A DNA stretch of 38,787 nt from a virus. Taxonomy: Duplodnaviria > Caudoviricetes. Positions 1 to 10,261 of this stretch are shown piece after piece. The number at the start of each line of letters is the position of its first letter. Position 1 is the first letter of the stretch. The translations under genes and the position numbers were made by a program. The notes under the pieces were generated by a model. It saw only the letters and a program-made list of their open reading frames with translations. It was not told where the DNA came from and did no database searches. The stretch spans positions 1 to 38,787 of IMG/VR virus record IMGVR_UViG_3300035109_000099; one strand, written 5' to 3'.

Positions 1-183
1 ATGAAAAATTTAAACAAAACGTTAAAAGCTTTTTGGCAGGAAGAAACAGGCCTGACTATGGTCGAATACGCGGTAGCGGGATCGCTCGTAACCCTCGCCT
101 GTGCAGCGTCTTTTACAAGTCTTGGAGGTGCGATAAGCACTGCAATTACTGGCATGATTGGACGGATGACACCCGCAACTTAA
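1..183 (+). CDS. flp: Flp/Fap family type IVb pilin (host gene)
   Basis: 60 aa with the prepilin cleavage motif EETG|LTMVEY followed by a hydrophobic helix, the Flp signature. Confidence 0.9.
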   Translation: MKNLNKTLKAFWQEETGLTMVEYAVAGSLVTLACAASFTSLGGAISTAITGMIGRMTPAT

Positions 184-349
184 TAGGCTATCTGTTTGCT
201 CATCACAGACTGAGAAATTCAAGGTGGTGGGTCGGTTTAGTTGTACCTGTTATTTGCAAGCAGAACAGGAGCGGGTTCTTGTAAGGCTCGAACTAATTTA
301 ATCCATCACCAAGCAGATCCTACTGTGAGCGTTGTTGTCTCTATTGATT

Positions 350-384
350 TTCAGGGCGAATGATATGTATCCATTCGCCCTGAA
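350..384. repeat. Perfect 13-bp inverted repeat (REP-like or terminator-like hairpin) downstream of flp
   Basis: TTCAGGGCGAATG (350-362) pairs with CATTCGCCCTGAA (372-384). Confidence 0.6.
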
Positions 385-519
385 CCAGTCGGAGATGAAT
401 GCATTTCAACACCACGCCCAAACCACAGCGAGCATCTCCTGAAGATATTCGTTTTGGTTTTACTCTCAAGCTTTATCGTAAACCCGACTGTAACTGGTGG
501 CGTGGCCCCTGAGGATTAC

Positions 520-910
520 TGTAATACAGCATTATAAGAGTTACTTCGCTTTAACAGCGAATTATGCTTGTAATGAAAATGGCCAATGAACGCCATGTAC
601 GGCGGTACAGCTTATCTAAAACACTATCATCTACGCTCAAGACATCTTCTTTAAGTTTAAGAAGAGCTTATGTCGGGCGACTTATCTTTACTTATCACGA
701 TTTAACCTTCTGTTGGAGAAGTGTTTTTATTTGCTCTTTTCTCTACTGCTATTGCCCGACAACGCGGCAATTCGTAAGTATTGGTACGTATTTTGTGGAT
801 GTACTTTCTCTGTTAGTTTATGAAGCCGCGCGAGATATTTGACGATAGTTTAGTGCGATAATTGCATTAATTATATATTTCACAACTCGATAGATAATTG
901 CGCATTATGC
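520..910. other. Candidate prophage end: terminal TG plus putative transposase-binding repeats
   Basis: TG at 520-521, then related 16-mers TAATACAGCATTATAA (522-537), TAACAGCGAATTATGC (552-567) and TAATTGCGCATTATGC (895-910), just beyond the last tail gene. Confidence 0.45.
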
Positions 911-928
911 AAACACCAAGCAGAAGTA

Positions 929-1486
929 TCACTGCTTATTAGCTAAAACAAATAAATCGTCCATCTGGGCATCGGTCATGCTTAGCATGCTCTGCATAGC
1001 AATCACTAATGAGTTGTCGCGACGAACCACTGTTTCATATTCCCATTCAATTTGAGCCGCCCTAGGCATTGTAGCGACCTTGGAATTAACATCGTCCAAC
1101 AAATCTCTCTGTAAAAGCGCGAGGCGCGCCTGAGCCATCTTGACAGACTCGGGGACAGAATTAAGTTCGCGATGTTTGGCAGCCGCCTCTTCCGGCGTTA
1201 ATGTCAAAATAGGATAAGAAACCACAACAACCTTACGGGCGAGATCCGGAATAAATGTTGCCGATCCAGCCTTCTGAGTCATTTCGTCTATTACCGGCTC
1301 AAGGATTTCTTGCGACCACCACGCACAACCTTCCAAATGCTGCTCGGCGTTGACCTCGGCTGGCAACCAGCTCAAGTCGGCTAACAACTCTGCAGGCAGT
1401 CCTATTAAACATTGAGGTACTGGCTCGCCAGGAAGCGCCACACCACCTTTTACTTTTATATAATCTTTATAATCGCTATTAATCAT
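929..1486 (-). CDS. Phage tail-associated protein (possible fibre assembly chaperone)
   Basis: 185 aa, last gene of the tail operon; C-terminal VKMAQARLALL...WEYETVVRRD...MDDLF block is typical of genes that follow tail-fibre genes. Confidence 0.6.
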   Translation of the reverse strand: MINSDYKDYIKVKGGVALPGEPVPQCLIGLPAELLADLSWLPAEVNAEQHLEGCAWWSQEILEPVIDEMTQKAGSATFIPDLARKVVVVSYPILTLTPEEAAAKHRELNSVPESVKMAQARLALLQRDLLDDVNSKVATMPRAAQIEWEYETVVRRDNSLVIAMQSMLSMTDAQMDDLFVLANKQ

Positions 1487-1491
1487 GATCT

Positions 1492-2265
1492 TTAATAATC
1501 CGAAAACTTAGTCTTACAAATCGGGAACAACGGACGAGCGACGCCTTTAGTAACCCTGTACTCTTTCCATTTCCCCCCAGAAGGGTTGGACGATAGATCG
1601 AATCCATCTATGCCTGCAACCGGACGAGCCGTTCCGTTTATATAGTTAGTGGTATCTGATGGCCATTGACCATCAATAACTTCGTTCACATACATGCTTG
1701 TAACCCCACTCTCTCGCTCAAGCCGTAATCTACATCCATCAGTAAACTGCCTGATATCAATGGTACCGGCGGCCCTAAGAGCAGAATTAACATATAAATT
1801 CAACAATCCGCTACCTGTCACATGCCAATATATATAATTACCCTGAGTTCCTGTAGGCCTTCCGTCATAAATAGTTCCAGTGACAGTTGTAATGGTTTCA
1901 ACTTCTATAGTTAAGTCAGCAGTACCGAACTGGAAATCGGCGTGGTCAGCCAGTCGGAAATACCCACCTGCCCCATCAGTTAGTAGCGAGCCCGTTCCAT
2001 ATTTGGCCCATGTTTTTGTAATCCGCGCATTACCGACCACAGTAACAATCTTGGGTCTCGGTGATAGGTCTATAACTGAAGCAGAGCCTTCATCACCATC
2101 AAAATGGAGCAGAAGACTGACGTTTTGAAAGAATGGGTCTGCTTTAATAATATCCGCCGTCCTTGCTGTCAATGCAGGCAGCCTAGGTAATCCTCCGCCA
2201 ATACGAGATAGCTGAGGCAATCCGCCGCCTTTACGAGCAGTTAGCTGGGGCAAACGCGGCAGCAT
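1492..2265 (-). CDS. LamG/concanavalin A-like jelly-roll protein, putative receptor-binding tail protein
   Basis: DPFFQNVSLLLHFDG...FQFGTADLTIE...EYRVTKGVAR pattern of phage LamG-like domains; distal tail position. Confidence 0.7.
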   Translation of the reverse strand: MLPRLPQLTARKGGGLPQLSRIGGGLPRLPALTARTADIIKADPFFQNVSLLLHFDGDEGSASVIDLSPRPKIVTVVGNARITKTWAKYGTGSLLTDGAGGYFRLADHADFQFGTADLTIEVETITTVTGTIYDGRPTGTQGNYIYWHVTGSGLLNLYVNSALRAAGTIDIRQFTDGCRLRLERESGVTSMYVNEVIDGQWPSDTTNYINGTARPVAGIDGFDLSSNPSGGKWKEYRVTKGVARPLFPICKTKFSDY

Positions 2266-2736
2266 TTATAGATCAACCATATCCAAATTAAAAACAACAC
2301 CTCCTGCCACCCAGCTCACCCCTATACCACCAGCCAATCGTTCCTCCGCGGCCAACCGTAAGGGATTTGATTCGTTAATCGGGGTCCCATCTGGATTTTT
2401 TAAAATAGTTCTTGTTGTCTCCGCTGTCGCACTTACCGCTGTGGCCAGCATCGTCGCTGATGCTCTAAGTCTCCAGTTTGTGCCATCTACAGAACCAAAT
2501 ATCCAAAGAGTCGTTGCGGTTACTGTTTGCCGCGGGATAGCGGAAATAGAAGTACAAATGGCCCCATTCAGCCCCGCCCTGTTCGGATAGTTAGCGTCAT
2601 TATCAGTAAACGCCACAACATTAGCTGGCGTATCCGTGGCAAGCGAATTCGCCCCCGTCAGCGCCACTGCTGTTGTTGCAATAGCGCTTAAATTTCTGTG
2701 TTTTTGCCCGAATGGGCATTCAGTTGTTACCGCCAT
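2266..2736 (-). CDS. Hypothetical virion/tail protein
   Basis: 156-aa Ala/Thr-rich ORF abutting its neighbours in the tail operon. Confidence 0.65.
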   Translation of the reverse strand: MAVTTECPFGQKHRNLSAIATTAVALTGANSLATDTPANVVAFTDNDANYPNRAGLNGAICTSISAIPRQTVTATTLWIFGSVDGTNWRLRASATMLATAVSATAETTRTILKNPDGTPINESNPLRLAAEERLAGGIGVSWVAGGVVFNLDMVDL

Positions 2737-2749
2737 ATATAAGTTCCTA

Positions 2750-3184
2750 TTAAAAATAAAGAGCTATCGCATGCAATTTGCCGCGAGAAAAAGAAATTGG
2801 AGTCCAATTTGTTTTATCGTTTTTCGGATCGATAGCACCCGCCCCGGGAATCTTCCTACGATACGTTTGAGAGTCCAACGGGCTAATTACGCAGACATCA
2901 ATTAGATAGTTTGTGCCCGATACCCATCTTTCCGCATTAGCACTAGTTGCTGCTGCCGTTGCGCTGGCCGCTGCATTCTGCTCGCTGACCAACGCCGAAG
3001 TCGCCGCGTCATGCGCGATAACGGAATTGTCGTAGTTAACGTCTGAAATGGCATTCGTTTCCGATCGAAACAGAGGAAGCGCAGCAACAAACGCGTCGGC
3101 CTCCGGCTCAAAATTTATCGGGTCATTAGGAGTAGGCGCATCGGGCATTGTTGATATTGGCGTTGGCACTATTGGCGTTGGCAT
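2750..3184 (-). CDS. Tail-tip structural protein (hypothetical)
   Basis: 144 aa; start overlaps the upstream stop; WVSGTNY motif resembles small carbohydrate-binding modules. Confidence 0.65.
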   Translation of the reverse strand: MPTPIVPTPISTMPDAPTPNDPINFEPEADAFVAALPLFRSETNAISDVNYDNSVIAHDAATSALVSEQNAAASATAAATSANAERWVSGTNYLIDVCVISPLDSQTYRRKIPGAGAIDPKNDKTNWTPISFSRGKLHAIALYF

Positions 3185-4104
3185 TAAATTTCCTCCAGAT
3201 CCAAACTGGCGAGCGCTATCAGCGGGTCGCGCACATTAATAGTAAATTTTGTGTAAAACCCTAAGATCAACAGCGCGGCAAAATACCCGTCACTAGTCGA
3301 ATCATCTAACGCAGACCAAACCCCCGGCCGGCCGGCCATAATATTGCGTAAATCGTATATTGAATCGACCCTACTCTTATCGCACTCGATGCGCTGAATA
3401 GTCTGAGGCACGTTTCGACGCGGAGTCATCGTATTTACATTGCCGGCGAAATCGCGGGTCACTGTCGAAAAATTAAGAGCAGTACTTTCCGCGTCATACT
3501 GCACTGCACCGATATACACCTGACGCCCAATAACACACGCGCCGCACTCAACATTACCACTCGATATCGTTAACGTAATAGTAATGGTGGCGTCAGAATA
3601 CGGTGGTAAATCAAAAAATATCGCGCTTGGCTGTCTGATAAATGGCGCGTAAAGAAAATCACGCCAGCCGAAAACTCTTCGGCGGCGTAAATTAATCATG
3701 CCGCTGTCGTATACGATTCCGCCACCCGCCGCACTGGTCATCGTAAACGATGCGGAGTCCGCCACCATACCCAGTAACGCAATTGAATCGACTCGCTCAC
3801 CTGGCGTCAGTACAGTGGTCAATGTAAGCGGTGCAACCGTCGCGCTGGAGCGCAGCATATCAAACATTGCATATCGATTAGTTGGACCGACATCAAGCCA
3901 TCGCGTCGTAGCCAGCTCGGGCAGCGTCGCATCGACGCCGGCTATTTGGCACTCATATTTACGATGAGTTGTTGTCCTGATAACCGTAGTGCCAACAGCA
4001 TAGTTAGCCGTTGCAACCCACACTACCTCGCCAGTATCGGGCTCAGCGATCGAGCTACTCGTCAGCCGCGCATCGGTGATTGTCAATGGCGGAATAACTC
4101 TCAC
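3184..4104 (-). CDS. Tail-tip/distal tail structural protein
   Basis: 306 aa directly after the tape measure gene with overlapping start/stop; N-terminal WVATANYAVG module. Confidence 0.7.
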   Translation of the reverse strand: MRVIPPLTITDARLTSSSIAEPDTGEVVWVATANYAVGTTVIRTTTHRKYECQIAGVDATLPELATTRWLDVGPTNRYAMFDMLRSSATVAPLTLTTVLTPGERVDSIALLGMVADSASFTMTSAAGGGIVYDSGMINLRRRRVFGWRDFLYAPFIRQPSAIFFDLPPYSDATITITLTISSGNVECGACVIGRQVYIGAVQYDAESTALNFSTVTRDFAGNVNTMTPRRNVPQTIQRIECDKSRVDSIYDLRNIMAGRPGVWSALDDSTSDGYFAALLILGFYTKFTINVRDPLIALASLDLEEI

Positions 4105-7100
4105 GAAAACGCCTCCGTCACCATCGCTCGCCCGCCGCGAGTAACCGTCCTTAAGGTGCTCGCCATTTCGCCGGTATTTTTTGCCGTATCTGCCATAGGG
4201 GCCTTGAGATTTTCAACCTCGCGACGAAGCGCCACCAACTCGGCAACTATTTCGCGGTTATCAGACTGAGACTGCCTAGGCTCAGACAGGCGCATCATCA
4301 ATTCCTTATTATCCGCAGCAGGCATAATACGTTCGTTTTCGTGAATGAGCGCCACCATATCCCTGGTTACTCGATTTGTACCAATGTCAAACGCGGGCAA
4401 TTTCCACTTAGCGGCTTTTCCGGCTGACGTCCCCGCCGTCCAGTCCATAAATAGATCCAAGCCCCTAGAATCCAAACCTACCTTCTTGGCCCAGCTATAC
4501 ATATCTGGAAATGTTCCGGGGGGGAAAGCAGCTATTACAGAAGCCCTTTTGGCACTTAAACTAAGCGTATTGCCCGTGGCATTGTTATAAAACGTATCCG
4601 CTATTGGATTTACAATAGCTCCGCCCGATGATACATATTGAATAGAGTCTCTAGCCGAAGAAGCCGCTGAAGACGCATCCGAATAGTTTGCATTAGCGGC
4701 AGACGCAACTGCCTTATCTGTAGCCGCCGCCGCTTGATATACCGGGATAGCGTCCCGCGCTGCCTGTGCCGCCGCAGCCAGCGCATTAGCAGACGCCAGC
4801 GCCGCGTTGGCCGCGGCAGCAGACATAGAATTATATTGTGCAACCAGTCTTCCGTAAGCGGCTTGCGCGTCCCCGTCGGCATTCCAGGGTCGGTTCATAG
4901 CTATACCATACTTCGCTGTATGGAAAGCGTTGAATTGCGACAAAACCTGCTCCCACACCGCATTGTTTGTTTGTCCGTTTTGCCACGTAGTCGGAGCTGG
5001 TGCCCATGCCGATAATTTCCCAGCATTGTCTTGCGCAGAGCGCGCATCCTGAGAGGCTTTATTTGCCAATGCTATCTGAGCAGCCAGCGCTGACGCCGAC
5101 TTTTCGGCCACCTGAGCGGCATTATCTGCAATCGCTTTCGCAGCATCCTCAGCCTTTGTAGCCGTTTGCGCCTTAGTCACAGCTTTAAGCGTATCGTCTT
5201 TAATCTGTAGCGCCTTAGCTAAAGCATTAATAGCGTCGCTCACCGACTTAACAGCGCTTGTTGTGCCATTAATAGCATCAATCTGCATTTGCGCCGAGTC
5301 AACCTGCTTATCCGCATAATCGGCAAGCTGGGCGATATCGCCGCTCGCGCGCATTTGATCGCGAGCATAATCCAGAAATGTGGAATAGAGCTGACTGCTC
5401 GGCTTAGCCAAGTCGGTTAGCGCCTTATCCAGCCCCGTATAATTATCGATTGATCCGCCCCCCCGGGCTGTTGCTAATGCCGCTTTGAGCACATTGGCTG
5501 CACCGATACGATCTTGCCGCAATAACGCATCCGTCTGCACAGATGTTGATGCAACAGCGGCGTGCAGTTTTGCGGCCAGCGCCGTTAAATTGCTAATGGC
5601 TTTTGAAACATCATTAACAGCATTTGAGACAGCCGTTTGAGCAGATGTAACCGCCCAAACTGATTGCTGCGAGAAGCGCAAGGAGGCATCCATCGCCGCC
5701 AGCTCGTCCTTACGTTTTTCTGTTAGTGCTCCAATCGCATTACCGGATGCTTCGATTAGCTGTATATCTAACGCGCGGCGCTGGGTAGTCAATTGCTGGG
5801 CTGCCGTGGCCGCTGCTTCAAGTGCAGTATAATAAGTGTTTGCAGCATCGCTAAGCTTCAGCAGCAGCGAATAGCGCTGCTGATCGCCCGCGTTATTAAT
5901 GTTCAAAGATTCGATTAATATCCGATATCCATCCCGCGACTCCGGCAATACGGTATTTAGATCGCCCAGCTGAGTGGTCAGGTTTTTTTGTAAAAACACC
6001 TGGCGTTCAGCATCGGTGTAAAACTTCTGATAGTAGGTATCGAATTGCTTTTGAAATTCTTTAATGCCGCCGGCTGCTTGCGACAGAGAGTCACTGATTG
6101 CAATCGCGTCGCCCGATATAGTTATACTGGATTTTTTCAGCGCATCTTCAACAACCGCAATTTCTGATACAACGCGAACGGCTGTTTCCAGCATCCCTTC
6201 GCCGAGCTGTTGATATTGGCCGAGCACATCACCGAAAACGGCAGATGACATAGTATCCAGCGCGGCCGACAGAACACCGTTCAGTTTTTTTGCAGCATCT
6301 TCACCATTGAGCCCCTTTAGATCGACTGATAGCGCAGGGATGATGTAATTTTTAACTCTATCAGATAAGCCTAAGCCAAGATTATCGGCGAGGCCAAGCA
6401 TGGTAGAGCCCATACTTTTAAATACATCGTTCAGCGCTTTTTGCGTTGCAGAATCTAATGCTGCATACTGTGTCCGGGTGCTGTATTTATCCGAGCTAAA
6501 CCACCCGCCAGAAGTCTTAGTTTCAATCTGCGCAAATTGCTGGGCGCTTAGATTTTTACCGGCCAGAATATCCGCAAGTGCCGTTGCATTTGTCGAAATG
6601 CCTTGAGCAGTGACTGTACTTGTTTGCTTTCCGCCAAAAATGCCGCCTAATAAAAATTGGCCGATCGGATCAAGCCCCATGCTACCAATGGGATCAATTG
6701 AATTTAACATTCCATGAATCCCCGTTATTTGCGAGGAAGGCGCTTTTACGGTGGTTAATCCGCCTGCTTGGAAAAGCCTTGTAATTACATCCGTTATCCC
6801 AGAATGCAGATCCGCAATGCCTTTATCGATGCTTTTTAAAACAGGATAGTTCTGGGACTGAATATCTTCCAGCAGCTGATAAGTTTTATCAATCGACTGT
6901 GATTTTGCAGTTGAATCACCCAGCACAGTACCTGTATCGGATGACATGCCTTGCGGGCCTGGAGACGACGCATTACCGCCGAAGTTAAATGTCCCCGCAT
7001 TGGCAGCCGATAAAATACTGGCTACAATCGCCCCCATTGCTGCGATACGTGCGAATGCTGTATACGGATCACCTTGCCCCTGGGTCAATACTGCCAGGGC

Positions 7101-9467
7101 TGCCTTAACCTCAAGCTGTGCTATATCAGCCATCCTTTCAGAAACACTCGCCGCCAATGACACAATATTAAAAGCTTTACGAGCTGCTGTGTTTTCAGCA
7201 AACATGCTGCCCATGGCGGAAGCACTCTGCCTGATACCTGTTAAGGAGTCTTTTAGATTTTCAAGATTAAGATATTTCTCCTCAAGCGCATATGTTTTTT
7301 TATTATCCGCAATCTCCTTTAATCTTATTAAATAATCACCGTTATTTTTCTTAATTTGGTCCTGGGTTAAATTATTTGTATCCCTTTCCAATGCATCATT
7401 AGCCATTTTCGCTTTATGTAAATCGTTAAGCGCCTTTGTATTGGCGGATATTGATTTAATCATGTTGTCAAATGCACCGGATAAGGTATTAATTCCGCCT
7501 AGCGAGCTATCGAATATCGCTGAATTTGTAGCGCCTAAATCAGTTGTCTTAGCAATAGTATCAGCAAGCGATTTATTGTAATTTTCTAGCGACGCACGAG
7601 TATCGTTTATCTTTTGCTGCTGCTTTTCAATACCGTCGTTTACGCTGGATTTAGCGACAATCTCAATAGCATTCCCCGGACTCACGCCAGCTAATAACAA
7701 CTGAGAGTATTTATACTCGTTAGCCGATTGAGTTAATTTATTGTACCGATCTATTTCGGCGTCCATAGCAGAGTCACCCGCGTCAATGCCTTTTTTCTGC
7801 TTCTCCAACGCCTTAGTCGAATCCCAAACCGCCATTGCCGATTTCAGCACAGCGCCTTCCATCCCCATGGCCGCTAACTTTGCTTGCTCATAAGCGCGTT
7901 CCGACAACGTCAGTTTTTGGTGCTGGTCGTTTAAGCTGGCAATTTCTTTATCAATAGCTTCTGCATGTTTTTTGGCCTCTGCCGCAGCTTTTTTAGCTGC
8001 CTCAGCAGACTGACCGGATGCGTTTCCAGAAACCCCATGCGCTGCGGCCAATTGCAATGTCTTTGCCTTGGCTTGTTCGGCCGATTCGGCCACTTTTTTC
8101 TGTTCATCGGTAAGCTTTTGATTAGCTAAGGCCGCACCTTCTACCGCTTTAGTAAAAGTTCCGACATAATCGGTGCTCAAATCGGTTTTTAACTGAGAAA
8201 CAACATCCGCAAATCCATTAACCATAGGTTTATCGACTACAGCCTTTGAGGAGGAAAAACTAAAATCGCCCACGCCCATCCGCGCGACGTCGCCGGCCGC
8301 AGCACTTGCTTTAGCTATAGCGTTATCAATGGTATTGCTGACATTGGTGGTCAAAGCACCGAAAATAATCCCAGTCGCATGACCCAGGCCGACAAACAGC
8401 CCGATCATGTCGTTGACCAAAAATTTAACATTACTTTGCATTTGGTCGCCGGAAACAACCCAGCTGGATGCAGTATCAGCAGCCGCACCCAATCCCGCTG
8501 CCTTTAATATGTCAAACCCGGCACCGATCTCATTAGTAGTAACTACCCACGCACCCTGAGCCAATGAGCTGGCCGAGACATTGGTTTCCCCGACGGTGAT
8601 GGCGGCTTCGTTAAACGCCCTGACGCTATCTAGCGCATCTTTTGCGCCATCCTGTATCGGAGTCCACAGCGCCGATGTCGTCGGTTCGACGGACTTAACC
8701 AGACGTGTCCAGGAATTGCTGATATCGGTCGATTTGGCATTGACGTTTCGCGCAGTCGAAGCTGCGGCACCGTCAAAATCATGCAAGGCCTTGACCAGGG
8801 TTTCGGCGAACATTTGCGAGGTAACTTTGCCATCATTGGTTAAACGTCTGAAGCCGCCAGCGCCGACGCCAGCCGCTTTGTCCAAGCTTTGCATCAAGCC
8901 CGGTAACGGTTCCGTGACTTGATTGAGCTCTTCGGCATGCAATACCCCTGACGCCAAACCTTGAGCAAGGCCGAAAAAGGTTTGCTTCAATTGTTCGTTA
9001 TTGGCTCCCAAAGCGCTAGCCGCATTATCCAGTCCTTCCAGCATCCCTTTAGTTTGTTGGCCGGTGATAATGCCGGAGTTTTGCAGATTACGTAATCGCG
9101 CATAACCATCCGACAGATCGTTAATCTTTTTATGATGCTCCTCAGCAACAGCCGTGACGTAGTCTACCGTTTGTCCATAGTTGCCGGCCGTTTTAGTTAG
9201 AGAGTGCAAGCGCGTATCCAGATCCTGGACCGCCGCCGTGTCATCGACTACTTTATGACCAAAACTGATGAGCTGATAAATACCGACCAGTGGTGCAATG
9301 GTCCGCATTAATCCTGACGCGGCCGATTCCATGCCTCGCAAAGCATTGCTGGCATTACCGGACTCAGTCGATACGCGGCGGATACCGTCACTCGTCTGGC
9401 CCAGCACTTGAGCAGTGCCATCGGCATTAGCGCGGATGCGTAGATTTAGTACGAGATCGTTACTCAC
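4101..9467 (-). CDS. Tail tape measure protein
   Basis: 1788 aa, Ala-rich and helical; N-terminal tape-measure motif LAQGLASGVLHAEELNQVTE; C-terminal PAFDIGTN...IHENERI motif; follows the tail chaperones. Confidence 0.93.
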   Translation of the reverse strand: MSNDLVLNLRIRANADGTAQVLGQTSDGIRRVSTESGNASNALRGMESAASGLMRTIAPLVGIYQLISFGHKVVDDTAAVQDLDTRLHSLTKTAGNYGQTVDYVTAVAEEHHKKINDLSDGYARLRNLQNSGIITGQQTKGMLEGLDNAASALGANNEQLKQTFFGLAQGLASGVLHAEELNQVTEPLPGLMQSLDKAAGVGAGGFRRLTNDGKVTSQMFAETLVKALHDFDGAAASTARNVNAKSTDISNSWTRLVKSVEPTTSALWTPIQDGAKDALDSVRAFNEAAITVGETNVSASSLAQGAWVVTTNEIGAGFDILKAAGLGAAADTASSWVVSGDQMQSNVKFLVNDMIGLFVGLGHATGIIFGALTTNVSNTIDNAIAKASAAAGDVARMGVGDFSFSSSKAVVDKPMVNGFADVVSQLKTDLSTDYVGTFTKAVEGAALANQKLTDEQKKVAESAEQAKAKTLQLAAAHGVSGNASGQSAEAAKKAAAEAKKHAEAIDKEIASLNDQHQKLTLSERAYEQAKLAAMGMEGAVLKSAMAVWDSTKALEKQKKGIDAGDSAMDAEIDRYNKLTQSANEYKYSQLLLAGVSPGNAIEIVAKSSVNDGIEKQQQKINDTRASLENYNKSLADTIAKTTDLGATNSAIFDSSLGGINTLSGAFDNMIKSISANTKALNDLHKAKMANDALERDTNNLTQDQIKKNNGDYLIRLKEIADNKKTYALEEKYLNLENLKDSLTGIRQSASAMGSMFAENTAARKAFNIVSLAASVSERMADIAQLEVKAALAVLTQGQGDPYTAFARIAAMGAIVASILSAANAGTFNFGGNASSPGPQGMSSDTGTVLGDSTAKSQSIDKTYQLLEDIQSQNYPVLKSIDKGIADLHSGITDVITRLFQAGGLTTVKAPSSQITGIHGMLNSIDPIGSMGLDPIGQFLLGGIFGGKQTSTVTAQGISTNATALADILAGKNLSAQQFAQIETKTSGGWFSSDKYSTRTQYAALDSATQKALNDVFKSMGSTMLGLADNLGLGLSDRVKNYIIPALSVDLKGLNGEDAAKKLNGVLSAALDTMSSAVFGDVLGQYQQLGEGMLETAVRVVSEIAVVEDALKKSSITISGDAIAISDSLSQAAGGIKEFQKQFDTYYQKFYTDAERQVFLQKNLTTQLGDLNTVLPESRDGYRILIESLNINNAGDQQRYSLLLKLSDAANTYYTALEAAATAAQQLTTQRRALDIQLIEASGNAIGALTEKRKDELAAMDASLRFSQQSVWAVTSAQTAVSNAVNDVSKAISNLTALAAKLHAAVASTSVQTDALLRQDRIGAANVLKAALATARGGGSIDNYTGLDKALTDLAKPSSQLYSTFLDYARDQMRASGDIAQLADYADKQVDSAQMQIDAINGTTSAVKSVSDAINALAKALQIKDDTLKAVTKAQTATKAEDAAKAIADNAAQVAEKSASALAAQIALANKASQDARSAQDNAGKLSAWAPAPTTWQNGQTNNAVWEQVLSQFNAFHTAKYGIAMNRPWNADGDAQAAYGRLVAQYNSMSAAAANAALASANALAAAAQAARDAIPVYQAAAATDKAVASAANANYSDASSAASSARDSIQYVSSGGAIVNPIADTFYNNATGNTLSLSAKRASVIAAFPPGTFPDMYSWAKKVGLDSRGLDLFMDWTAGTSAGKAAKWKLPAFDIGTNRVTRDMVALIHENERIMPAADNKELMMRLSEPRQSQSDNREIVAELVALRREVENLKAPMADTAKNTGEMASTLRTVTRGGRAMVTEAFS

Positions 9468-9470
9468 AAA

Positions 9471-9845
9471 TCAGCTCTTCTTTTGTTGCTCATAAATATG
9501 TTTTAGTACGCCATTCGCGAACGCTTTGACTTCTTCCAGCAGTCGCAATTGCTTGGCCGGCTTCCGGTGCATCCGTTCGATAATACTTAACGCCTTACTA
9601 ACATCTAAAGCAGCCGGGCCACTGAAGCTGTAAATCCACTGATCGCATAGATAGTGCCTAAAACACTGTATGGCTTCATGAGCGTCTTCCCAGTATTCAA
9701 AAGGTTCATTGCTATCCGCTGGGGCTGGCGAGTCGGGCATGATGACTTCAACTTGCAGCCCTTCCGCGTTTTTTTCTAAAGCTTCGGCATCATCCTGGCG
9801 ACCACTGTACTTAGCCCAGTGTTCGCCAGCGTCGGTTAGTTTTTT
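9471..9845 (-). CDS. Tail assembly chaperone, frameshift extension (lambda gpT-like part)
   Basis: Open -1 frame overlapping the end of the upstream chaperone; entered at the A AAA AAC slippery site (9845-9839). Confidence 0.75.
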   Translation of the reverse strand, partial: KKLTDAGEHWAKYSGRQDDAEALEKNAEGLQVEVIMPDSPAPADSNEPFEYWEDAHEAIQCFRHYLCDQWIYSFSGPAALDVSKALSIIERMHRKPAKQLRLLEEVKAFANGVLKHIYEQQKKS

Positions 9846-10243
9846 AGCAATTGCCCGCGATAAGCATCGGAGCGTTTGCCGCCATTGATGGCTAGTAATG
9901 CCGCCCAAAGCTCATCGATAATCCATTGATGTTTCAACACCAGATCCATTGCCGAGGCGTCAAATTCAGCAGCGATTCCGTTACGTTCCAGCGGTAGGCC
10001 TTTAATGTTTTTGATTTTTTGTCGCAATAAAATATGGATACCTTTTTCTTCTAAGGATGCATCGGCATCTTGCGCCTCGAGATCCCAGTCTTCACGGCTA
10101 GTCTTTTCAAAGGTGACCTTCAGGGGCAATTTGGTGATGACCTTATCTTCATCGCCAAATTGCTGGCAGGTGATCTTTACAGTGACCGTGTTCGGATTAG
10201 CTATTTTTAATACTAATGGTGCTGCGTTTTCGATGTTGTCCAT
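9836..10243 (-). CDS. Tail assembly chaperone (lambda gpG-like)
   Basis: 135 aa between tail tube and tape measure genes, ending CTA AAA AAC TAA (LKN*). Confidence 0.8.
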   Translation of the reverse strand: MDNIENAAPLVLKIANPNTVTVKITCQQFGDEDKVITKLPLKVTFEKTSREDWDLEAQDADASLEEKGIHILLRQKIKNIKGLPLERNGIAAEFDASAMDLVLKHQWIIDELWAALLAINGGKRSDAYRGQLLKN

Positions 10244-10261
10244 GTGGGTTCCTAAAGTTAA

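Noticed and set aside
564-842. 92-aa + strand ORF at the phage end
   Set aside because: No clear RBS, no recognisable motif, overlaps a putative end repeat; probably non-coding.
929-4104. Mu-type invertible tail fibre segment (gin) or mom gene
   Set aside because: No invertase, flanking inverted sites or DNA-modification gene found in the window; such genes could lie beyond 38787.
9846-9908. Independent start for the 145-aa ORF 9471..9908
   Set aside because: Better explained as the -1 frameshift extension of the upstream chaperone.
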